DNA from: Candidatus Nanohaloarchaea archaeon
GTDB taxonomy: Archaea > Nanohalarchaeota > Nanosalinia > Nanosalinales > Nanosalinaceae
NCBI GenBank assembly: GCA_042217585.1
Contig: JBDGSJ010000004.1
Span: 1 to 60,379, forward strand
Length of the DNA stretch: 60,379 bases
Direction: 5' to 3'
Shown: in pieces, positions 1 to 9,202 of the stretch
Numbering within the stretch: the stretch's first letter is position 1
How the letters are laid out: each line of letters opens with the position of its first letter
Notes under the pieces: generated by a model
Seen by the model: the letters and a program-made list of their open reading frames with translations, nothing else
The model's database searches: none
What the model was told of the DNA's origin: nothing
Made by a program: the position numbers and the translations under genes

Positions 1-291
1 TCCCGACTCGACAGTCTCGACCCCCTCGACAAGCTCTTCCTCCCTCATATCCCTGTTCTCCAGGGAGTTGGAGCATACGAGGAACTTTATACCTTCCCCG
101 AGGTAGTCCCTGATGTATCCAGCGGCTTCGGAGTTTTCCCTCGCCATCCGAACCGCATCGGCGTTCAGGACCACCCTGATGTCGTCGATTTCGGTCCTGC
201 TGTCGGCGCGGAAGTTCTTCAGGTTTCCGAGTAGTTCGCTCTGTTTCGAGCCTTCGGAGGAGTTCAGGTGGAAGACCGTCTTCATCTCCAT
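1..291 (-). CDS. DsrE family protein (runs off the window start; 3' partial)
   Basis: Manual translation MEMKTVFHLNSSEGSKQSELLGNLKNFRAD...VVLNADAVR...VCSNSLENR; paralogous to the adjacent DsrE gene; start overlaps its stop codon. Confidence 0.8.
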   Translation of the reverse strand, partial: MEMKTVFHLNSSEGSKQSELLGNLKNFRADSRTEIDDIRVVLNADAVRMARENSEAAGYIRDYLGEGIKFLVCSNSLENRDMREEELVEGVETVESG

Positions 292-626
292 CACGGCTTG
301 ATGTATCCGAATCCCTCGTCCTGTAGCTCTCCGAGCTCTGCGACTCCGGAGCCGACGACCTCCACCCCCTCGATGAGGTCCTCCTCTTCCATATCCGTGC
401 TCTCGATGGAGTTGGCACAGGCCTTGAAGACTATGTCCTTCTCTTCTATCAGTTCGGTGATCATCTCCTCGAACTGGCCGCCCTCCCTTGCGAGTGTTAC
501 GGCCGAGGTGTTGGTCACCGCGTGTATCTCGGCTTCACCTTTCTCCTCCCGGAGGTTCTCTATGTTCCTCAGTGCCTTCCTGACCTCGTCGGCTCTTATC
601 TCTGAGAGATGGAATGCTACTTTCAT
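291..626 (-). CDS. DsrE/DsrF-like family protein
   Basis: MKVAFHLSE...ALRNIENL...FKACANS...SGVAELGELQDEGFGYIKP matches the DsrE pattern; start trimmed to ATG at 626. Confidence 0.85.
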   Translation of the reverse strand: MKVAFHLSEIRADEVRKALRNIENLREEKGEAEIHAVTNTSAVTLAREGGQFEEMITELIEEKDIVFKACANSIESTDMEEEDLIEGVEVVGSGVAELGELQDEGFGYIKP

Positions 627-705
627 ACAGAGGGATTTCGGTTTAGGCGAAGTTAAATCTACCGACTGGGGAACCAATTTTAACATGAGTTACGGATTAA
701 TAACC

Positions 706-1032
706 ATGGAACCCCTGAGCGTGTTACTGAGTCTGGCCCTCGCGGGAGCAGGACTGGCGGCGGGAGTGCTCTCCCTCAAGTTCCTGGAGAAGATAAGGAC
801 CAGGCCCAGGAAGGCGATGGCCTCTTTCCAGCTGAACCCGGAGGAAAGCGTCAGAGAGTTCCGCTGGATACTTTACGGACTGGCGCTTGAAACCTCTGCG
901 TTCCTGATCTACGGCTACGGAGCCTTCACGGGCAGAAAAATCCTTCTGGATGTGGGACGGTTCCTTTCCCTCGTATACGCCGGTATAGGGACCGGTGTCG
1001 CCTACAGGTGGTGGAGGAGGTTCTTCAGGTGA
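706..1032 (+). CDS. small 3-TM membrane protein of unknown function
   Basis: Three hydrophobic segments; ATG at 706; TGATG overlap with the next gene, which has a similar layout. Confidence 0.7.
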   Translation: MEPLSVLLSLALAGAGLAAGVLSLKFLEKIRTRPRKAMASFQLNPEESVREFRWILYGLALETSAFLIYGYGAFTGRKILLDVGRFLSLVYAGIGTGVAYRWWRRFFR

Positions 1033-1367
1033 TGAACCCGGATACATTCTTCGGCTTTATCGGCGCGGTCCTGTTCGCAGGTATGACTTACTACGCCTAC
1101 AGGACTCTCCAGAACTTCAGGGAGCACAGAGAGGTCTCGATGGCGGAGTTCCTTATCGACGAAAGAGGTATAGACTCGTTCGTGGTCCTGGCGTTTTCAT
1201 CCCTGCTGTACGCGTTCTCGATGGTCGCCGTGGCTCTGGAGCTGGTCTATCCCAACTACTACCTGAAGGTCCTGACCCGGGGGATGCTCCTGGGCGTGGC
1301 CGCAGGGATGACATACTTCTTCCGGAATATCTACCTGGTGACCGAGGCACCGGGCAGGGGAGAATGA
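1032..1367 (+). CDS. small 3-TM membrane protein, probable paralog of the upstream gene
   Basis: MNPDTFFGFIGAVLFAG...; three hydrophobic segments; VSMAEFL resembles KAMASFQL of the neighbour. Confidence 0.7.
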   Translation: MNPDTFFGFIGAVLFAGMTYYAYRTLQNFREHREVSMAEFLIDERGIDSFVVLAFSSLLYAFSMVAVALELVYPNYYLKVLTRGMLLGVAAGMTYFFRNIYLVTEAPGRGE

Positions 1368-1392
1368 AGTTTTATAGCTGGAAGACGGTTGG

Positions 1393-1647
1393 TTGGATGT
1401 GAGATATCTAAGTTTGATGGCCGCCGCGGTGGCGCTCTCCTTTCTGGCGGCTCCGGCAGCTTCGCAGGTGGACGGCGAGGAACTGGTCAGGAGTCCGGAA
1501 CCCGATTTCCTCCAGGGTATAGGACCTCACGGCCACAGGAACGACAGCATACGCGCCGCGGTCGTCACGGCTCTCGGTGTCTCGGCCGTCATATACAGGG
1601 GGCTTCTGGTCTCCGATACCCACAAGGAAAAGGAGGAGAGTTCCTAG
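1393..1647 (+). CDS. small secreted or membrane-anchored protein
   Basis: TTG start; signal-peptide-like N-terminus (...APAAS) and a C-terminal TM helix. Confidence 0.55.
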   Translation: MDVRYLSLMAAAVALSFLAAPAASQVDGEELVRSPEPDFLQGIGPHGHRNDSIRAAVVTALGVSAVIYRGLLVSDTHKEKEESS

Positions 1648-2690
1648 ACCAGTGCGTCCTTTGAGAAGTAGACACCCCTGATAACCGCGTAGAAGAAGTA
1701 CAGCAGTATCAGGTATATCGCACCCTTGTACCCGAGCTTCCGGTCCGAGACGAAGAGGAGGTAGGTGAGAAGGAGTCCCGCTGTCACCGTCTCCATCGGG
1801 AGGTCCCAGAGGACGAGCGGACGTGGCACCCAGTAAGTCGAGAGCAGGCTTCCCAGACCTATCGCGAGGAGCGGGTTCGTTATGTTGCTCCCGATCAGGG
1901 TTCCGAGCGATATTCCCGCAGCCTTCTTTCTTATGCCCTGTATAGCCGTGAAGAGTTCGGGGAACGCTGATACCAAACCGACCGTCATCACCCCGATGAG
2001 TGAACCTCCCAGTCCGGTCGCCTGGACCACCGTCTCCGTCGCCTCAAGTATGATGTGGGCGCTTACGACCACGGCCAGTATACCGCCTGTGCCGATCAGT
2101 ATATCCTTCCTTATGTTGTCGCTGGGTTCGACGTCCTGGTTCAGCCTCCTGTCGCGGGTCCGGTAAAGGTAGTACATGTAGGCGATGAAGCTCCCTACCA
2201 GCACTGCGCCGTCTACCCTTGAGAGTATGCCGTCCCATGCCAGGACCAGCGTCATCAGCGTGGTCCCCATCATCGGGAAGTAGTCCTTTTTCAGGAAGGA
2301 TTCGCTGAACTGGAAGTGGTTCTTGTCGCCGAAGAACGAGAAGGAGAAGACCACCAGCCCGAGCACAAGGGTCTGCTGTACCACGTCCGAGCCTATGTTC
2401 CCGCCGAGGACCGTCGCCGAGATTATCTTGCATGTGGCGGCTCCCGGTACGTAGAACTGCTGTATACATCCCGGGTTCGAGAGTATCTTGAAGGAGCCGA
2501 CTACGTGAAGCACGAACTCCGGCAGGCTGGTCCCTATAGAAACGACCGACATAGCTATCAGGACGTCCGGGATGCTGTAATAGGCCGCTATCCTCTCCAT
2601 CTTTTCCACTACTTTCTCGGCCCCGAACACCAGGACCGGAAGAGCAGGTATCCCTATCAGGACCTGGAAGGTCAGGGGGATATCGGCCAT
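1644..2690 (-). CDS. sodium:calcium antiporter (CaCA/YrbG family)
   Basis: Alpha-repeat motifs GTSLPE...GGNIGS and SAFPEL...GTLIGSNITN; about 10 TM helices. Confidence 0.93.
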   Translation of the reverse strand: MADIPLTFQVLIGIPALPVLVFGAEKVVEKMERIAAYYSIPDVLIAMSVVSIGTSLPEFVLHVVGSFKILSNPGCIQQFYVPGAATCKIISATVLGGNIGSDVVQQTLVLGLVVFSFSFFGDKNHFQFSESFLKKDYFPMMGTTLMTLVLAWDGILSRVDGAVLVGSFIAYMYYLYRTRDRRLNQDVEPSDNIRKDILIGTGGILAVVVSAHIILEATETVVQATGLGGSLIGVMTVGLVSAFPELFTAIQGIRKKAAGISLGTLIGSNITNPLLAIGLGSLLSTYWVPRPLVLWDLPMETVTAGLLLTYLLFVSDRKLGYKGAIYLILLYFFYAVIRGVYFSKDALV

Positions 2691-2722
2691 GAAACTTCAA
2701 CCGCCTCCCAGCCCTATTACCC

Positions 2723-3118
2723 TTATGTGCCCGGCTTGATCGACCGGAGAACCGTGTCCAGCTTCTCGCCGACCTCCTCCGCTATCTCGTCAAGTTCCGG
2801 ATTGTCGACGACCGAAAGCATCTCCTCGGGGTCCACAGCCTCCACAACGGTTTCATCGCCGTCCCTGTAAACTATCACGTTGCAAGGCAGTAGCGCTCCG
2901 ATACCTATCTCCTCCTCGAGAGCGGTGTGGGCCAGCGGCGGATTACACGCTCCCAGGATCCGGTACTCCCTGAACTCTTCGTCCAGCTTCTCCCTGAACT
3001 TTTCATCGATCTGGATGTCGCACAGCACGCCGAAGCCCTCATCCTTCAGGGCCTCTTCGGTCGCCTCCTCTACATCCTTTACAGGGGCAGAAAACCTTCT
3101 CTCAGTAGTATAGCTCAT
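2723..3118 (-). CDS. DUF302 domain protein
   Basis: ALKDEGFGVL...YRILGACNPPLAH...IGALLPCNVIV signature. Confidence 0.92.
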   Translation of the reverse strand: MSYTTERRFSAPVKDVEEATEEALKDEGFGVLCDIQIDEKFREKLDEEFREYRILGACNPPLAHTALEEEIGIGALLPCNVIVYRDGDETVVEAVDPEEMLSVVDNPELDEIAEEVGEKLDTVLRSIKPGT

Positions 3119-3170
3119 GTAAAGCAACTGTGCAGAACGAGAATAAAAAGACCGGTCCGGAAAACTTTGA

Positions 3171-5750
3171 CTAAAGACCGTTCTGCTGCCATGTATCCGC
3201 CGCCAATGTCCTCACGGAGGTGTCCCTCTCAACGACCTCTAGCCCGAGACGGTCCCCGAACTCGTGGACCGCCTCCTCCAGCTTGTCGTCGAGGTCCGCG
3301 TTGGTGTTGCTGTACGTGGTGAAGTAGCTGAGCTCTCCGCTGTCCGTTATCCCTGTCAGGACCCTTCCGACGACCTCGCCGTCCTCGTCCTCGGCGTAAA
3401 GGACCTGCTTGTTCGCGTCCACGGCGTTCGCCACCGCGGCCCATCCGTTGAACTTCCCTATCGCGAAGCACGAGTCCGTGAAGTAGTTGCCCATGGAGAC
3501 GGACTCGACCGGGTCCGCGACCCTGACGTGGAGTTCCTCCGGCTTGCTCTCCTGCTCCGCGACCAGAGACCTGAACTCGGAGAGGTCGTTCCTGAAGATG
3601 TCGTTGTGGAGTCTCCGCGCCCGGCTGTCGGAAGGGGTCTCCAGCTCCTCCGCCAGCCTCCTGAAGTCCTCGAAGGAGTCCGGGTCGTGGTCCTCCTCCA
3701 GTATCTCGTCGAGCTCCTCCAGCTTGTGCTCCATCTCCTCCAGCTTCTTGCTCTTCTTCCTTTCATACCTGCGGTCCATGTCCTCCATGTTTTTCTCCGT
3801 GGAGAACGACGTCAGCTCTTCAAGGGTTATGCGGAACTCCTCCTCGGCTTCCTCGATCCATTCCCTGTTCTCCTCGAGCTCAGTGTAGACGTCCTCGCCG
3901 TGTTCAAGTATGTGGGCCGCGGATTCCTGGTTCTTGTCGTACTCCTTGTGCGCCTTCAGGACCATTATCTCGTCCCAGTCGAGGTCGTCCCTCCATTCGC
4001 CGGTGACCTCCTCATGGTACTCGCGGGCCCTCATCTTCCCGAGGTTCTCCACCGCCTCCACGGTGTACTCCCTCTTCTTGGTCTCTATCTCGTCCCGGAA
4101 CTTCTTCCCCAGATCGTCCATCCGGACCTCTCTTTCCCTCCCGGCGTGCTGTCTCTCACCCTCCCACTTCTTCAGCAGGGACTCGGTGTCGAACTCCAGG
4201 TCTATCCCCGCACCGGTCGCCAGTCTCTCAAGTTCACGGACCTCGTCCGAGTGCCTGCGGTAGAGCTCCTCCAGCACCTCGCGGTAGGGCGAGTCTTCCT
4301 CGAAGAAATCATCTGACTCGATGAAACCGTCCTCCAGCCTCTGGCGGACCTGTTCAAGCATCTTTTCAAGACCGCCCGAGTCTTCGCCCGTCATCAGGGC
4401 CTCCAGGGCCTCCGCCTCGTCCTCGAGGAACTCGGAGTACTTCCTGTGCTTCCCCATGTTGAACAGGTCCCTGCCGGGCTTGTGGTTCTCCTTCCCTGTC
4501 TCCAGGTTCTCCACGAGCTGTTCCCTGGCCTGCTCCGAGATCTCCTGGAAGACCTCTCCGAACTCCTGGACGTCCTCCTTCTTGACCGTCTCCATCTCCT
4601 CACCGGCCGCGAGCAGTGTCTGGGCGAAGTACTCGTCATCTATGCCGGAGAAGCCGTGGACGTACTCTATCTCGTCGGAGAGCTCCCTGACGGAGCTTTC
4701 GCCCAGCATCTCCTGGAGCTCCTTCTCCTTTCTCTCGATCTCCTCGATCCCCGAGACCGATTCCACATCTATGTTGAACAGCCTCGACGCCTCCAGCGAG
4801 TCGCTGAGGGATTCGAGCTCGTCCTTGAAGCCCTCCCAGTCATCCCCGGTGTAATCGGCGAACTCGTCCTCTTCAGGGGTCACGACGAACATGTTTTCAC
4901 GGTACTGGCCCACTTCTACCTCGTCCGCCGCGACTATACCGCCGAAGCTCTTCTCGTCCAGGACCCCGTCGGAACGTACCGATTCTCCCACGAACATCGG
5001 CCGGTGGGTCCTCCTGAACACCACGTCTTCCGCCTCTACGGTTCCGGTGACGAGGTCTATATCCGACTCATCGAAGGCGATCCGGCCGGCCCTTATATCC
5101 CCGTCGATGACTCCTATACCAGCGCCCGAGAAAGCGTTGTAGGCCGCGTCGAACGTCCCGCTCATCTCGCCCGCCGTGGAGTCCTGCATCACAGTCTTCG
5201 CATCTACCTCTCCGCTGAAGCTGGAGACATCCGACTGGTCGAAGGCGGTGGTCCCCGCGTGGATATCGCCCTCAAAGACGTCTATCTCGGACCACTTGAA
5301 GGCGGTCGCAGCAGAGACCTCTCCGCGGACCTCACCTATCTCGGTGTGCTGGAAGGCTATACCGTCGACGTCAACATCCCCCTCGACCTCGCCGATCTCG
5401 GACTCCCAGGTAAGCGGTAGGTTGGAACGGACATCGCCCAGTTTCTCCAGTTCCACGTCATCAAGAACGAAATCCTGCCACGTGTTCCTCCGGCCGACGT
5501 CGCCGGTATCGATCTCCCGTATCTCATCTACCTGGACGTTCTCCAGACGCCCCGTGAGAAGATCTATCTCCCCTATCCGGGAGTCCTTCGCCGCCCAGTC
5601 CGCCCAGATAGTGCCGACGGACCTGACATCATCGTTCTCCAGCGCCCACCGGGAATCCCCGTGAGAAACTACCTCATCCAGGCGGTCCACATCCCATACG
5701 CGGTCCTCCTTTTCGCCGACCTGGACCTCGGGACCGGAGCGGATCGACAT
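3171..5750 (-). CDS. large acidic protein (859 aa): N-terminal ~18-19-aa solenoid repeats, central coiled coil, conserved-looking C-terminal alpha/beta (possibly GNAT-like) domain
   Basis: Long ORF with typical acidic composition; repeats AFxxSxIxxxxGxVxA; C-terminal SMGNYFTDSCF..G.FN..A.ANAVDANKQVLY..D..G.VVGR.L. Confidence 0.8.
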   Translation of the reverse strand: MSIRSGPEVQVGEKEDRVWDVDRLDEVVSHGDSRWALENDDVRSVGTIWADWAAKDSRIGEIDLLTGRLENVQVDEIREIDTGDVGRRNTWQDFVLDDVELEKLGDVRSNLPLTWESEIGEVEGDVDVDGIAFQHTEIGEVRGEVSAATAFKWSEIDVFEGDIHAGTTAFDQSDVSSFSGEVDAKTVMQDSTAGEMSGTFDAAYNAFSGAGIGVIDGDIRAGRIAFDESDIDLVTGTVEAEDVVFRRTHRPMFVGESVRSDGVLDEKSFGGIVAADEVEVGQYRENMFVVTPEEDEFADYTGDDWEGFKDELESLSDSLEASRLFNIDVESVSGIEEIERKEKELQEMLGESSVRELSDEIEYVHGFSGIDDEYFAQTLLAAGEEMETVKKEDVQEFGEVFQEISEQAREQLVENLETGKENHKPGRDLFNMGKHRKYSEFLEDEAEALEALMTGEDSGGLEKMLEQVRQRLEDGFIESDDFFEEDSPYREVLEELYRRHSDEVRELERLATGAGIDLEFDTESLLKKWEGERQHAGREREVRMDDLGKKFRDEIETKKREYTVEAVENLGKMRAREYHEEVTGEWRDDLDWDEIMVLKAHKEYDKNQESAAHILEHGEDVYTELEENREWIEEAEEEFRITLEELTSFSTEKNMEDMDRRYERKKSKKLEEMEHKLEELDEILEEDHDPDSFEDFRRLAEELETPSDSRARRLHNDIFRNDLSEFRSLVAEQESKPEELHVRVADPVESVSMGNYFTDSCFAIGKFNGWAAVANAVDANKQVLYAEDEDGEVVGRVLTGITDSGELSYFTTYSNTNADLDDKLEEAVHEFGDRLGLEVVERDTSVRTLAADTWQQNGL

Positions 5751-5804
5751 GTAAGAAGAATCGGAGAAAAGAGTTATAAATTTGTCTCCAATTAGTGACA
5801 ACAT

Positions 5805-6590
5805 ATGAGGGAGTTCGCCCTGGAGGTCGAGGAGGACGTGACAGGACCCCTCGACCTCGACCTCGAGAACAGGAACATAGCTCCAGGAGATACTGCCAGT
5901 TACGACGATATACCGGACCTCGAGAAACAGGAGGGCGAAGTCGACCTTAGACCGGAGGAGCTGGAGCAGTCAGAGATAGATTACCCGTCGGAGGCGGAGT
6001 ACCGAGAGCTGGAGCCGGAAGCCGAGAGAGGATACCTCAGGAAGGCGACCCTCGCCACAGGCGTCTCCGGAGCCGGTCTGCTCGGAGCCTTCAAGATGAT
6101 GGGTCCCTCCGAGCTGAAGAGCACGGGTATCGATATAGTCTCCACGTACAGTCTTGACAAGGCGGCACACTTCGGAGCCTTCGCCACGGGGACCTGGGCG
6201 ACCTTCCAGTTCTCGGAGAAGTTCCCTGAATACGCCGAGAAGTCAGGCAACACCATGATACAGCGCCTGGGAGAGTTCGTCGACGACCTCGGTTACCTTG
6301 AGACAGCGGGGACCGCGCTTGCGATGACGACCGCGGCGGGCCTGGCAAAGGAGTCGGTCGGCGTCTTCAGCGCGAAGGACCTCGCCGCGAACTACGCCGG
6401 CATGACCTACATGATGCTGGACCAGTACGGCGAGGGAGGGGCGATAGCCGGGGCGAAGAAGATGGCGTCGGATTACAGGGCCAGCAGGGAGATATCGAAC
6501 GGTGAAGTCGACAGGATACTCGAGACCGAGGAATACGACCTGATGGGAGAGACACTCGTGGGCAAGGACCTGTACGATCAGGAGGCCTGA
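5805..6590 (+). CDS. membrane protein with VanZ-like motifs and acidic extensions
   Basis: DKAAHFGAFA and KE....FSAKDLAANYAG resemble the VanZ DKxxHFxAF and E..DxxAN.G motifs. Confidence 0.6.
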   Translation: MREFALEVEEDVTGPLDLDLENRNIAPGDTASYDDIPDLEKQEGEVDLRPEELEQSEIDYPSEAEYRELEPEAERGYLRKATLATGVSGAGLLGAFKMMGPSELKSTGIDIVSTYSLDKAAHFGAFATGTWATFQFSEKFPEYAEKSGNTMIQRLGEFVDDLGYLETAGTALAMTTAAGLAKESVGVFSAKDLAANYAGMTYMMLDQYGEGGAIAGAKKMASDYRASREISNGEVDRILETEEYDLMGETLVGKDLYDQEA

Positions 6591-7798
6591 TGACCGGAGT
6601 AGACCTCCGCCTCAGTGAACTCGACGACCTGCCCGGGCCGGACCTCAACCGCTCCCGCGGAGTCCTCAGCCAGATCCGGGTCCGAGTAACCGACCGAGAA
6701 CTCCGTCATGGACCGATCCATGCCCTCGACGTCCACCATCTCCATCTCGTACCTCCCGGGCTCCATCATCTCCCCGTTGACCTCGAAAGGTTCATCGGAG
6801 TAGAACTCCTCGCTGAGGACCTCGGCCTCCAGAAGACCCTCCGATGACAGGTACTCCACCACCTGGCTGACAGTTCCGGCTTCACCCTCCAGTGCGTCCT
6901 CCTCCACCCGGTAAAGGAGCCGCTGATGGATCCCTCTCTCGCTCTCGTCGGAATCGTAACTCGCGAACACCAGCCCTCCTCTCTCGCTTGTGGACTCCAG
7001 GCCGTCCTCTTCCCTCAGCAAGCTGTAAAGCGAATCGAGGTAATCCTCCCCCTGATCGACATCGACCTCGAGCACCTCTCCCGCCGCGGGCAGGACCGAA
7101 CCCGGGTCGGTTCCCGGCTCCGGAAGTTCGGTCTCGACGACGGGCCCAGGTTCCGGGAGCTCGTTCCCGTCCCCGAGTTCCGGCTCCGGGAGCGCGCGGG
7201 ACCGCTGCTCCCGCACGGAATCTCCGCGGACCGCATCACTCTCACCCAGGTCTTCCCGGACCTGCTCCTCGTCCACGTATACCTCGTGTCTCTCCGTGTA
7301 ACTGTTCCTGACTCCGGGTCCTGCCGGAGTATCGGGGACGGATACTTCTTCTACTGAGAGATGTTCCTGCCGGGGCTCTGGCTCCGGGACCGCGGGCGGC
7401 TCCGGGATCTCGAACTCCTCCACACCCGGGGCGGGCATCCTTCTCAGCGCGAAGATCGCCGGCGACTGCTCCACCGCCGGGTCCTCCTCCGGGACCTCCA
7501 TCTCCTCCAGCCTGTCCCACGCCGTGAAACGTTCAACGGGGTAGCGGTCCTCCGCGGAGCTTATCCTGTGGCTCCGGGACTCCTCGTCCTCGTCAAAGGT
7601 CAGGACCTTTTTCTCCTCCCCGTCCTCCCTGAAGACCTCCTTTTTCGCGGTCAGCGTTGTCCTTATGACCTCGACGTCGATGGAGCCGTCCTCCAGCAGC
7701 TCGGATTCTATCTCCAGCTTCTCCTGCTCCTCTTCCTCCTGTTCAAGTTTTTCCCTCTTCTTCCCCTCCTCCCTCTGTTCCAGTAACTGCTCTGCCAC
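6578..7798 (-). CDS. hypothetical highly acidic, Pro/Glu-rich protein
   Basis: 406-aa ORF with the genome-typical acidic bias; no family recognised. Confidence 0.75.
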   Translation of the reverse strand: MAEQLLEQREEGKKREKLEQEEEEQEKLEIESELLEDGSIDVEVIRTTLTAKKEVFREDGEEKKVLTFDEDEESRSHRISSAEDRYPVERFTAWDRLEEMEVPEEDPAVEQSPAIFALRRMPAPGVEEFEIPEPPAVPEPEPRQEHLSVEEVSVPDTPAGPGVRNSYTERHEVYVDEEQVREDLGESDAVRGDSVREQRSRALPEPELGDGNELPEPGPVVETELPEPGTDPGSVLPAAGEVLEVDVDQGEDYLDSLYSLLREEDGLESTSERGGLVFASYDSDESERGIHQRLLYRVEEDALEGEAGTVSQVVEYLSSEGLLEAEVLSEEFYSDEPFEVNGEMMEPGRYEMEMVDVEGMDRSMTEFSVGYSDPDLAEDSAGAVEVRPGQVVEFTEAEVYSGHQAS

Positions 7799-7888
7799 CG
7801 GTGTCCAAGTTTCAGTTCAGGTCGGGATAAAAAACAGGCATTTTCACCGCGGACTGACAAGGTTCAGTTGAAACGAAGAGTCCTAAAA

Positions 7889-8593
7889 TCACCGGACCTC
7901 TGTGCCCGGCGTCCCCCCGCCGAGGAACGACTCGAGGTCCTCTGGACCGAATATATAGGCTTCAGAGCCGACCTCCGACAGCCTCCTGACCTTGTTCTCT
8001 ATGCCTCCTGTGACGTCCTTCGCGTCCTTCTCCATCACGTGTATGTCGGTCCCAGTATCTATCACGGGAACCGGTTCGCCGTCCTCGTCGAGCACCCCGC
8101 CTTCAGGTATGCACATGCCGACGTGGTCATCGCCGAGGGCTTCCGCGACCTCCAGGACTATCCTGTCGCCGGAGAGGACCGAGACCCCTTTCTCGGTGTC
8201 TATGACCCCGTCTCCGTGGATTACAGGGACCACGCCGTTATCCACCATCGCCTCTAAATGGGAGGTCATCATTTCGAGCCCGTCCGAGAAGCAGGCGCAT
8301 GAGGACGGATGGACCGGCGCGGCGAGGACATCCCGGTCCTGGAGTACAGACACGAGCCTCGTGTTCAGCTCCTTGACTGCCCGGTGGACACTGTAGAGGC
8401 CCTCGAGGTTTCCACCGGAGAGACCCGTCTCGGCGGCCTGCGGATGTCCGAAGCTTCCGGCGCCGTGGACCAGCACCAGCCCGTCGTTTTCACGGGATAC
8501 GGCTTCGGCGACCGTCTCGAGGCTGTCCCTGTCGATGGAGTTCCTTCCGTCTTTCTCGGTCAGGACGCTTCCGCCTATCTTCACGACCGTCAT
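7889..8593 (-). CDS. isopentenyl phosphate kinase (amino-acid kinase family)
   Basis: VKIGGSVLTEK, LVHGAGSFGHPQA, PVIHGD, LSGD, DVTGGI..KV; ATGA overlap with the upstream GNAT gene. Confidence 0.85.
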   Translation of the reverse strand: MTVVKIGGSVLTEKDGRNSIDRDSLETVAEAVSRENDGLVLVHGAGSFGHPQAAETGLSGGNLEGLYSVHRAVKELNTRLVSVLQDRDVLAAPVHPSSCACFSDGLEMMTSHLEAMVDNGVVPVIHGDGVIDTEKGVSVLSGDRIVLEVAEALGDDHVGMCIPEGGVLDEDGEPVPVIDTGTDIHVMEKDAKDVTGGIENKVRRLSEVGSEAYIFGPEDLESFLGGGTPGTEVR

Positions 8594-9114
8594 AGCCATT
8601 CGTCCCTCAGCAGGCCGTACAGCAGGACGTCCTCGTATCCGCCCCCGGTGTAGACCTGTGACCTCAGGTCCGCCTCCTTCTGGAAGCCGTGCCTCTCCCA
8701 GAGTTTTCTCGAGGGCTTGTTCGACTTCATCACCTTAGCGATCAGCTTGTGGTACCTGAGCTCGGAGAAGGCGTGGTCTATAACGAGCTCCGTCGCCTCC
8801 GTACCGAGCCCCTCTCCCTGGCTCTCAGGCTCGATCCAGAGGCCGAGGACCCCGACGCCTTCCTCCTCGTGGGGCTCCACCGAGATCATTCCACGGCTCT
8901 CCCCGTCCCTGCATACGAGGAGGTGCATCCCCTCATCCGAGGAGACCACTTCCTCGAGGAAACCTCTCTCCTGTTCGAGGTTGACAGGTCTGCGGTGTGC
9001 GACGTAGGTCCTTATCTCCTGCCTGTTTATGTTGTCGCGGAGGAACTCCAGGTCCTCTTCCTCAACCGTCCTGAGTTCCACGTCCTCTCCTTCGAGAAAA
9101 ACTGCTCCGGGCAC
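8590..9114 (-). CDS. GNAT family N-acetyltransferase (RimJ/RimL type)
   Basis: VELRTVEEEDL...QGEGLGTEA...N..S..LWERHGF..E..LR. Confidence 0.92.
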   Translation of the reverse strand: MPGAVFLEGEDVELRTVEEEDLEFLRDNINRQEIRTYVAHRRPVNLEQERGFLEEVVSSDEGMHLLVCRDGESRGMISVEPHEEEGVGVLGLWIEPESQGEGLGTEATELVIDHAFSELRYHKLIAKVMKSNKPSRKLWERHGFQKEADLRSQVYTGGGYEDVLLYGLLRDEWL

Positions 9115-9202
9115 GCTATCACAGGTTTACTGTCTTCTCAGCTCTTTTATCTCTTTTCCGCGGACCCGGTCGTTTATACCGCTCAAATCCCAATCTACTG
9201 GC

